NCBI GenBank assembly: GCA_037441385.1
Contig: JBBISH010000108.1
Location: 1 to 21,838, forward strand
Source of the DNA: Myxococcales bacterium
GTDB taxonomy: Bacteria > Myxococcota_A > UBA9042
Reading direction: 5' to 3'
DNA: 21,838 nt
Both the position numbers and the translations under genes were made by a program. Below are positions 1 through 6,906 of this stretch, one piece after another. How positions within the stretch are numbered: position 1 is the stretch's first letter; every line of letters starts with the position of its first letter. The notes beneath the pieces are model-generated. The model was not told the origin of the DNA, did no database searches, and saw only the letters and a list, made by a program, of their open reading frames with translations.

Positions 1-397
1 TACCGTTGGCATCCACGCCCGTCACTAGTGATCCCGGCGTGCAAGCCTGGCCCGAGACCGCAAAATCCTTGCCGCTGTACAGCGCCGTCGCCGCGCAAGT
101 GACCTTGCCGCTGGCGTCCACGCCGACCACCACCGAACCCGTGGTGCACGCTTGGTTCGCGACCGCGAAGTCCTTGCCCGTGTAGGTGTTGTTGGCGTCG
201 ACCGCGCAGGTGACCTTGCCGCTGGCGTCGACACCGGTGACCAGCGAGCCGGTCGTGCAAGCCTGGTTGGAGACTGCGAAATCCTTGCCCGTGTAGCTGT
301 TGTTGGCGTCGGCTGCGCAGGTGACTTTGCCGCTGGCGTCCACGCCCGTCACGACCGAGCCCGCGGTGCAAGCCTGGTTGGAGACTGCGAAGTCCTT
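1..397 (-). repeat. Intragenic tandem repeat, 111-bp/37-aa unit (KDFAVSNQACTxGSxVTGVDASGKVTCxxDANNxYTG), at least 3.5 copies
   Basis: The KDFAV codons recur with spacing 111, 111 and 105 bp (AAG at 397, 286, 175, 70). Many of the differences between units are synonymous. Confidence 0.92.
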
Positions 398-1027
398 GGG
401 CGAGGCGCCCGGCCCGCACACGGCCTTGCCGATGGCGTCGATGCCAATGAACACGCCGCCATCGGCGCATTTCTGGTCGCTCAGCGCAAAATTGGCGCCG
501 GTCGGCTTGTCTTTCAGGTCGCTGTACGAGCCGCTGGTGGCGACCGCCGCCAAATCCGCCGTCTTGGCATAGGGCTTGAGCACGTCGGCCGCCAAGTGCC
601 CCGCGGTGATGCAACCCGTGCACTGCACGCCCAGCGACACGTCGGCGCGCAACGCGTACGGCACGTACTGCAGTGGCATGCGTGGCAGCTCAGCTTCGGA
701 GCCCACGGCAATGCCGATCCATGCCGCATCGCCCGCGGCAAATACAGCCGTGTTCAGCGGCACCGGCGAGCCCACCTGCACCGAGAACAGGCCGCTCACC
801 ACCTTGACCGCGGCCTTCGCGTCGACGTAGACGGGCTTGTCATCGCCTTTGTTCTTGTAAAAGCTGATGGTCATGCCGTAGTCGCCGTCTGGCACGGGCG
901 CGCCGCCGGCCGACAGCAGCCGACCCTGGAAGCCCACCGTCTGGCTCAAGTCCGCGTAGGCCACGCTTGCCAGGCTGGTCGTCACTGCGACAAAGCCCAA
1001 GGTCCATGCGCACATCCGCTTTAGCAT
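1..1027 (-). CDS. Secreted phage-tail-fibre-like (probably trimeric) surface protein; 3' end runs off the window
   Basis: Absent from the ORF track because it has no stop in the window. Read manually: MLKRMCAWTLGFVAVTTSLASVAYA|DLSQTVGFQGRLLSAGGAPVPDGDYGMTISFYKNKGDDKPVYVDAKAAVKVVSGLFSVQVGSPVPLNTAVFAAGDAAWIGIAVGSEAELPRMPLQYVPYALRADVSLGVQCTGCITAGHLAADVLKPYAKTADLAAVATSGSYSDLKDKP, followed by 37-aa repeats. Sec signal with AYA cleavage site. LAAVATSGSYSDL resembles a phage tail-fibre motif. GGGGGA lies just upstream of ATG 1027; alternative in-frame ATGs at 1039 and 1015. Confidence 0.88.
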   Translation of the reverse strand, partial: MLKRMCAWTLGFVAVTTSLASVAYADLSQTVGFQGRLLSAGGAPVPDGDYGMTISFYKNKGDDKPVYVDAKAAVKVVSGLFSVQVGSPVPLNTAVFAAGDAAWIGIAVGSEAELPRMPLQYVPYALRADVSLGVQCTGCITAGHLAADVLKPYAKTADLAAVATSGSYSDLKDKPTGANFALSDQKCADGGVFIGIDAIGKAVCGPGASPKDFAVSNQACTAGSVVTGVDASGKVTCAADANNSYTGKDFAVSNQACTTGSLVTGVDASGKVTCAVDANNTYTGKDFAVANQACTTGSVVVGVDASGKVTCAATALYSGKDFAVSGQACTPGSLVTGVDANG

Positions 1028-1090
1028 CCGTTCCCCCATGGGTGCGCGGCCGCACCCTGCTCGGTTCGCCGAGACCGCACGTCGCCGTAC

Positions 1091-3190
1091 CTACTTGATC
1101 AGGTTGCCCACCCAGGCGATGAAACCCAACCACACGCTGTTGCTGGTGTCTGTGCCGGCGGCCACCCCACCGACCATGCTGCCGCCAAACTGCAAGGTCG
1201 TCCGCGCGCCGCCGCTACCCAGCACGTCCTGACTTGCGGGCGCGTAGCTGAGCAGCAGGGTGGTGGCCGAGCAGTTTTCGTCGGTCTTGCCGTTGCAGGT
1301 GTCGTCCAGGCCGTCGCAGGACTCGTTCTTGTTGGGCAGGACTTCGCCCAGGCAGTCGCTGCCGAGCACGCCGTCTTTGCAGAAACGCAGGCCGCCCACG
1401 CAGGTGCCCACGCCCACGGTGCCCGCAGCGCCGGTGTAGCAGGTCTGGGTGGCCGCGTTGGCCAGGTGCACGCAACCCTGCTCAGGTGCACACGAATCAT
1501 CCGTGCACGGATTGGCGTCGTCGCAATTGGCGGCCGCGGTACCGGTGGTGCACTGCGGCAAGCCGGTCGCACCAAGCTTGCACGTGTCGCCCACGGTGCA
1601 CTTGTCGCCGTCGTCGCAGCTGCCGGTGCTGGCCTCGTGCCCGCACTGCGCGTCCTTGGGGTTGCACGAGTCCATGGTGCATTGATTGCCATCGTCGCAG
1701 TTGACCGCTGGCGCGGTGCTGCACTTGCCGCTGTTGGGATCGCAGCTATCGGTGGTGCACTTGTTGTTGTCGTCGCAGGCCAAGTCATCGGTCTGGCCGT
1801 CGCAGTCGTTGTCGATCCCGTCGCAGACTTCCTTGGTCGCCTTGCTGTCCGTCGTGCAAGCCGCTTCGTTCAGCGAGATGCAGACCACCTTGCCACCGCC
1901 GCACGGGCCAAAGCCGCAAGTCTTGCCGATGTCCAACGAGCCGCCGCCGGGCGCGGACCAGGTAAAGTCCTCGTCGATCAGGCCGTCGCAGTCGTCGTCT
2001 TCGCCGTTGCACTGCTCGAGCTTGGGCGTCTTGGTGTCGTTGCAGATGAGCGCGCCATTGGCCGCGCAGGTGGGCTTGCCGGGGCACTTGCCGATGAGCG
2101 GGTGGCACAAGCCATTGGTGTCGCAGGCCTCGCCAGGGGTGGTGCAGTCGGCGTCGCCCTTGCAGTTGCTGCCCGAGCCGCCGCCGGCAAAGGCCGTCTT
2201 GTAGCACACGAAATCGGTGGCCAGGTCGTCGGTGATGCCGTTGCAGTCGTCGTCTTTCAAGTTGCACTGCTCGGCCGCGGGAGTCTTGGCGCCGCAGTCC
2301 GACAGGCCGGTGGCCGTGCACGTGCGCTCGGCTTTGCAGCTGCCAAAGCTATTGGTGACGGAGCATTGCGTCGACTTTCCATATTGCACGGCCCACTGCG
2401 AGCAGCCGCACTGACTGGGCGCTACGCTTTGACAGGTGCCGTCCAGGCAGGTTTCGCCCTTGGCGCAAGGGGTTGCGGGGCACGAGGCGCCGCTGCCAGG
2501 CGAAACCTTGGGCTTGAGCTTGCACTGCTTGGCGCTGCTGCCACCCGCGGCCACGGTCACGCACTCGTAGGTGGTGGGGCAGTCGCTGTCGGCCGTGCAC
2601 GGACTGCCGCAGTAGCTGCCCAAGGCCCCGTAGTCCAAGCACAAAGCGTCGATGCCGACCGTGGCGCAATCGGTGTTGGTCTGGCACGGCGCACAGAGCG
2701 ACAGGAAGTTGGGCAGGCAGTAGGCCTGGGCGTCGGCGCCGCCGATGAGCTTGCACGAATAGCCGGGGTCGCAACCGGTGACGCAGGGCTGGGCGCAGCG
2801 ATAGCCTTCGGGCACCTGGATGCACTGGCCCGAGTCGCAGTCGGTGCTCTTGGCGCAGGTGCAGCCGGGGCCGCCTGGGCAGACCGGGCCGGTGTCGGTC
2901 GTGACGTCCGGCTGAGTGTCGCTGCCGACGTCCGCCTCGTTGTCGCTGCCCACGTCGCTGGGTTGCGCGTCGTCGCTGCCCCCGTCGGCGTCGTCGGCGC
3001 CCAGGTCGGTGGGGTCGACCTTGGTGTCTTTGGTCGCGGTCACCGGATTGGCCACCGTGCTATCGCCGCCGCAACCGGCGACCCAAAGCGCCATGGTAGT
3101 GAGCAGCAGCGCAACGGCGCCGGCGCGCAGGATTCTGGCCGCGTCGCAAGGGGCGGCGAAGGTTCTGGAGCTCGCTGGCACCTGATCCAT
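1091..3190 (-). CDS. Large Cys-rich lipoprotein (699 aa) with MopE-like putative metal-binding repeats, Dictyostelium-type CTDC repeats and a C-terminal Gly-rich beta-strand module
   Basis: GAGGA RBS before ATG 3190; lipobox VAG-C; Asp-rich tether; repeats EQCNLKDDDCNG, EQCNGEDDDCDG, EVCDGIDNDCDG, ESCDGLDDTCNG; CDDxNxCTxDxC repeats; Cys-free tail ...SYAPASQDVLGSGGARTTLQFGGSMVGGVAAGTDTSNSVWLGFIAWVGNLIK. Confidence 0.9.
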   Translation of the reverse strand: MDQVPASSRTFAAPCDAARILRAGAVALLLTTMALWVAGCGGDSTVANPVTATKDTKVDPTDLGADDADGGSDDAQPSDVGSDNEADVGSDTQPDVTTDTGPVCPGGPGCTCAKSTDCDSGQCIQVPEGYRCAQPCVTGCDPGYSCKLIGGADAQAYCLPNFLSLCAPCQTNTDCATVGIDALCLDYGALGSYCGSPCTADSDCPTTYECVTVAAGGSSAKQCKLKPKVSPGSGASCPATPCAKGETCLDGTCQSVAPSQCGCSQWAVQYGKSTQCSVTNSFGSCKAERTCTATGLSDCGAKTPAAEQCNLKDDDCNGITDDLATDFVCYKTAFAGGGSGSNCKGDADCTTPGEACDTNGLCHPLIGKCPGKPTCAANGALICNDTKTPKLEQCNGEDDDCDGLIDEDFTWSAPGGGSLDIGKTCGFGPCGGGKVVCISLNEAACTTDSKATKEVCDGIDNDCDGQTDDLACDDNNKCTTDSCDPNSGKCSTAPAVNCDDGNQCTMDSCNPKDAQCGHEASTGSCDDGDKCTVGDTCKLGATGLPQCTTGTAAANCDDANPCTDDSCAPEQGCVHLANAATQTCYTGAAGTVGVGTCVGGLRFCKDGVLGSDCLGEVLPNKNESCDGLDDTCNGKTDENCSATTLLLSYAPASQDVLGSGGARTTLQFGGSMVGGVAAGTDTSNSVWLGFIAWVGNLIK

Positions 3191-3234
3191 GAGTTCCTCT
3201 GGCGGCGGGACCGCGGGGACGTTGACCTACTTGG

Positions 3235-3263
3235 AGCGTCGCGAATTGCCACGGCGATGTCAA
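3235..3263 (-). promoter_or_regulatory. Putative sigma70-type promoter for the 3190->1 gene pair
   Basis: Minus strand TTGACA (3263-3258), 17 nt spacer, GACGCT (3240-3235), about 45 nt upstream of ATG 3190. The -10 box is imperfect. Confidence 0.45.
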
Positions 3264-3637
3264 GCCACGATCGGGCGGCCTCACGGCCAAACGACTGCGG
3301 CGAAAAGCCTCATCTGCCAGGCAATTGGCTTACTAGGAGCCTGTCGGCAAAATGGGCGACACTGCATGTCCATTTAGTTATACAGTATGATCTTATTGGG
3401 TGCCGCCAGTCTCCTAGCCTTTTTCGTTTGTCCAACTGGCCGAAAATCGCCCGAAGTGAATTCGTGCGATTTCAGCCAGTTGCCGCCGCGCAAGCCGCGG
3501 CGCTAGGATTGTGCCGGGATTATCCCGACACGCTCCCAGGTCGCTAGTTGTTGGCGCGGCGGTAGCTGACCGCGGGCGACAAGGGTCCGGGCCGCGGCTC
3601 GATGCGTCACGACGCACTGCGCCGGGTCAGATGCTTG

Positions 3638-3927
3638 GGGGGCATTTTCTACGTATTGAAATCGCACAGGTAATGGGCGTCGTCGTCCGTGATACTGCCA
3701 GCGCGGCGGCGGCGCCGGGTGCGCCTTGGCCCCGCCACGCGTGCTACTCGGGGAATCAAATCCAGAACCGCGGTCCAGGCCGGTTCAAGCCCGTTGCACA
3801 GCGGGCCCACAAGAACGTTGCGGCGTGAATCCGATGGGCTGCGCATCCGAACTTGCCCCCAGCTGGAGCTGCCCCCGGACCGGGACGATCGAAAAACCTT
3901 TGAAAACAAGCTGTAGAAAATGCCCCC
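3638..3927. mobile_element. MITE-like non-autonomous element (290 bp) with 15-bp perfect terminal inverted repeats; possible degenerate RAYT/TnpA(REP)-type remnant inside
   Basis: GGGGGCATTTTCTAC (3638-3652) and GTAGAAAATGCCCCC (3913-3927) are exact reverse complements, flanked by CTTG at 3634-3637 and 3928-3931 (or a 16-bp IR with TT flanks). No intact ORF inside. Confidence 0.6.
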
Positions 3928-3939
3928 CTTGTTCTTGGC

Positions 3940-3977
3940 CTGTCCCCCTGTACCGTGTCTGTCCCCCTGTACCGTGT
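3940..3977 (+). repeat. Perfect 19-bp tandem duplication CTGTCCCCCTGTACCGTGT x2
   Basis: 3940-3958 and 3959-3977 are identical. A related TGCCCCCC core sits about one unit earlier (3921), within the right IR of the MITE-like element. Confidence 0.9.
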
Positions 3978-4236
3978 CGCGCGGGCCAATCCCCGTGCCT
4001 TTGGGCACCTTGGGTTGCTCTCTTGAGTCGAGGTCACCATGACTGCCTGCAACTTTGCCCAAAGCCTGTTGATACGAACCCTGTCTGATTCACGCCTGTA
4101 CGGTCTTTCTGACCCGGTCCGCAACCTGCGAGAATCAGGCGGGGGCCCCGGTTCGGGCCCGAAGAATTGCTGGAGTTTCCGAGCCGATCTCAGCGGAATC
4201 CGTACGATTTTGCGCACATGGTCCGGTAGTCCGCGG

Positions 4237-4926
4237 TTGCCGTGGCTGCGCCATGTGGGCCTGTCGCTGGCCGCGTCGGGAGTCTTGATCGGGGCGATTC
4301 CGTCTTTTGGCTTGCAGTTCCAAAGTGTTACGGTGTCGGGCTTTGGCGTGCGGCAGGCGAGTTTTGACGCCGCCGGTGGTCTGACCTACCAGCCGCTTGA
4401 CCGCCGAGGCAAGCCCTTGTCGGCCCAGCGCGTCGTCTTGGCGGCGGCCCAGTTGGGGCCGATCCAGGTCGCCCTGGGGCAGTTGGACCCAACGGCCCTG
4501 CCTGGGAAGTCGACCGTGCCGCCGATTGCCGACATGCGCAAGTTAGCAGAACCGTTTGACTTGGTCCTGGTCTACGCCGAACAGACGTTCCAGTACCACG
4601 GCGACGCCCGGCCGGTCAGTGCCCCGGTCGCGGCCGAAATTCAGGCCCTGGCGCTGCTGCGGGCTGTCGCCGCGGCCGAGCGTTGGCTGGATACACCGCC
4701 GGTGCGCATGGCCAAGGGCGCCTTCGAGGTCGGGGTTCAAGACGGTAAAGTGGGTGTTGGCGTGGACGCGTGGAGCCTGTACCAACCGCTCGCGGACGAT
4801 CCGCGGGTCGAAGCCCTACGTCCGCTCGCCGGCAAGAAGGTGCGGATGGAGGTGGCTTGGGAGCGCGACCGTCCGGGCGTGTTCGTCCTCAAGCGCTTGC
4901 TGGCACCGCTACCCAAACCGCGGTAG
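4237..4926 (+). CDS. Hypothetical exported protein (start uncertain)
   Basis: 3' part of ORF 4039..4926 with GC-rich third codon positions. Signal-like segment LPWLRHVGLSLAASGVLIGAIPSFG from TTG 4237. The region 4039-4236 overlaps hairpins and looks non-coding. No family recognised. Confidence 0.6.
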   Translation: MPWLRHVGLSLAASGVLIGAIPSFGLQFQSVTVSGFGVRQASFDAAGGLTYQPLDRRGKPLSAQRVVLAAAQLGPIQVALGQLDPTALPGKSTVPPIADMRKLAEPFDLVLVYAEQTFQYHGDARPVSAPVAAEIQALALLRAVAAAERWLDTPPVRMAKGAFEVGVQDGKVGVGVDAWSLYQPLADDPRVEALRPLAGKKVRMEVAWERDRPGVFVLKRLLAPLPKPR

Positions 4927-5142
4927 CACCCACGGCTTGACGCCCATGCTTGGCGCGTCTTCATGCTGAGTTTGCGGCTGCACTCTTCCGATCGGCTGCC
5001 ACAGCGACTAATTAGGAGGAGCGGCAGGCGCTTGCTGTGGGCCGTGCCGGAACAGCAGCACTCGCTCTCGACCTGGCCGGGGGCGGCGTGCATCTGCCCC
5101 CCATCGCGGACCGCCCAGAATTCCACCCCAAGAGGAACCATC

Positions 5143-5643
5143 ATGAGCCACACCGTCGCCCCGTTTGTCGTTTCGCGCGTCTTCAAGGCCCCACGCAAGT
5201 TGATGTGGGACCTGTACAGTCTGCCCGAGCACCAGCTGCCGGTCTTGGGCCCAGCCGGCGACCCAGGCTTGTACTCGAACATGGACTTTCGCGTGGGCGG
5301 CACCCACCACTACGCCATGTCGGGAGGCGGCGCGCAGATGTGGGGGCTGCAGCGCTACCTGGAGATCGTGCCGATGGAGAAGATCGTGTTGGTCCAGGCC
5401 TTTTCGGACCAGGACCGCGGGATCACGCGGCACCCGATGGCGCCCACGTGGCCTGTCGAAATGCACTCGACTCTGCAACTGGAAGATACCCCGGACGGCC
5501 AGTGCAAAGTGACCGTGACCTGGGTGCCCCACACCCGCGACCCCGACAGCGACGCCACCTTTGACGCCGCCCGCCAGAACATGGAAGGCGGCTTTGGCCA
5601 CCTGTTTGGCGTGATCGACCAGTACTTGACCACCTTGGTCTAG
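5143..5643 (+). CDS. SRPBCC / AHSA1 (START-like) domain protein, 166 aa
   Basis: AGAGGA RBS before ATG 5143. Motifs FVVSRVFKAPRKLMWDLYS.PEH, MDFRVGGTHHYAM, MWG...YLEIVP.EKIV..QAFSD, TRHPMAPTWP.EM, MEGGFG..F..ID.YL are typical of AHSA1-like SRPBCC proteins. Confidence 0.9.
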   Translation: MSHTVAPFVVSRVFKAPRKLMWDLYSLPEHQLPVLGPAGDPGLYSNMDFRVGGTHHYAMSGGGAQMWGLQRYLEIVPMEKIVLVQAFSDQDRGITRHPMAPTWPVEMHSTLQLEDTPDGQCKVTVTWVPHTRDPDSDATFDAARQNMEGGFGHLFGVIDQYLTTLV

Positions 5644-5739
5644 ATCCTGTTGGGGCCGCGGACTCTTCGTTGCAGTGATGTTCGACCGCCGCGCGCTCGT
5701 GTAGGCTTCGGCCAGGCGCCCATGCGCCCCAGGCCCGCC

Positions 5740-6765
5740 ATGACTGTCTCGACCGCTGCCCAAATGGCTCCACGACTCCTGGTCTTCGCGGCCTGGGTCG
5801 CGATGGTGGCGTGCTCCTCGCCTGCGACGTCCGCAAGCGCCGGCCACGATGCCGCGGCGGGGGACGCCGCAGCCGCAGACGCCGCGCCAACCGACACCGC
5901 GTCAGCCGACACCGCGTCAGCCGACACCGCAACTGCAGCCGGACCGACGTGGCTTGACTCGCTGAACGTCTGTTGGACCGACATGGGCTGCCCGCGCGCC
6001 TTTGTCATCAGCCACGGCGGCGATTGGACGGTGGGGCAGGGCCGGCCGTACGACTCCAAAGCGGCCTTCGAGCGCGCGTTCCAGCTCGGCGCCGATGGCA
6101 TCAAGACGGATTTTCTCGTCACCAAAGACAAAGTCGCCGTGGTCGCGCACTCCAGCCCGATCTTGGCGTGGGAGTCGGCCGCGTGTCAGGGCAAGAAAAT
6201 CGAGGAGATGACTGTCGACGAGGTCACTGCCTGCCCGCTTTTTGACTCGCCAACCACCACCCAGACCTACCAGCGGGTGGCCGACGTCATCGAATGGGCG
6301 CGCGGCAAGGGCACGCTGATGTTGACCGTTAAGAATTCCGCCGAGTTCGGCAGCGCCATCGACTTGATCCTGGCCCACAAAGCGCAGGATTTCGTGCATA
6401 TCGAGACCCATATGGGCGATTTGCCGATCATCAAGAAGGCGGCCAACTGGGACAAGGTGCGCTACACGGTGCAGGTCGGCTCGCTGCAAGAGGTCGAGGC
6501 ACTGCTGGGCGAAAAGCCCGTGCTCTTCTGCGAGATGGACCCCAGCTACCCCGAACTGGACGCGGCGGGGATGGCCCAGCTGATCCAGACCAAGCTGCAC
6601 CCGGCCGGAATGCGGGCCTTTGTCAGTTCGCAGAAGCTCCCGTCAGTCGATCAGCACAAAGCGCTGTGGAACAGCGGCTTTGACGTGATCATGACCTACA
6701 ATCTGGCGGCAGCGATGGAAGCGCGCAAGGCCGTCAACCAGGCCCGCGGGCTGACGTCGCCGTAG
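5740..6765 (+). CDS. Lipoprotein with glycerophosphodiester phosphodiesterase (GDPD/PLC-like TIM barrel) fold and atypical active-site motifs
   Basis: Lipobox MVA-C (starts possible at 5722, 5740, 5764); Asp/Ala tether with DTASA repeats; VISHGG...SKAAFERAFQLGADGIKTDFLVTKDKVAVVAH and C-terminal GFDVIMTY match the GDPD pattern AHRG..ENT..AF..A...GAD.IE.DV..TKDG..VV.HD...GVD.I.TD. Confidence 0.82.
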   Translation: MTVSTAAQMAPRLLVFAAWVAMVACSSPATSASAGHDAAAGDAAAADAAPTDTASADTASADTATAAGPTWLDSLNVCWTDMGCPRAFVISHGGDWTVGQGRPYDSKAAFERAFQLGADGIKTDFLVTKDKVAVVAHSSPILAWESAACQGKKIEEMTVDEVTACPLFDSPTTTQTYQRVADVIEWARGKGTLMLTVKNSAEFGSAIDLILAHKAQDFVHIETHMGDLPIIKKAANWDKVRYTVQVGSLQEVEALLGEKPVLFCEMDPSYPELDAAGMAQLIQTKLHPAGMRAFVSSQKLPSVDQHKALWNSGFDVIMTYNLAAAMEARKAVNQARGLTSP

Positions 6766-6906
6766 CGGCGGAGTTCGATCCCGGAAAATGGCCGGAGTTG
6801 TCGATCCGGCTCGCGCCGATCCATTGTCACGCTCGCAACTGCATCGACTCGCCGTGCGGAGTGCGCCGGCTTGGATGGGCGGAGAAAGCCTGAACTGATC
6901 CGGGCG

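Noticed and set aside
1..397. Regular 111-bp repeats as a CRISPR array
   Set aside because: Whole units are similar with no unique spacers, the period is a multiple of 3 within an ORF, and there are no cas genes.
1091..3190. Cys-rich proteins as multiheme cytochromes or eukaryotic contamination
   Set aside because: No repeated CxxCH motifs; bacterial RBS, lipoboxes, sigma70-type promoters and sanA show bacterial origin.
3361..3396. AT-rich tract with ...TATACAG as a LexA (SOS) box
   Set aside because: Lacks the CTG half-site at the required CTG-N10-CAG spacing.
152..3547. Long + strand ORFs 152..1024 and 1466..3547 (likewise 7609..8292, 11130..12413, 14048..15382, 20871..21791 and similar)
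   Set aside because: Antisense or alternate-frame shadows of real GC-rich genes; no motifs, RBS or signal peptides.
4968..5063. Long hairpin as SRP (4.5S) RNA or 6S RNA
   Set aside because: No SRP domain IV motif (CAGG...GNRA...AGCAG) and too short for 6S; kept only as an unclassified structure.
4963..5142. N-terminal extensions given by the ORF track (4963, 5650, 9165, 9129, 11105, 13112, 21473)
   Set aside because: Downstream ATGs have an RBS and/or place the signal peptide or domain start at the N-terminus; the extensions overlap promoters or hairpins.
6766..6906. Hairpins between convergent genes (GCCGGA-N8-TCCGGC) as intrinsic terminators
   Set aside because: Short stems without U-tracts on either strand; expected by chance at this GC content.
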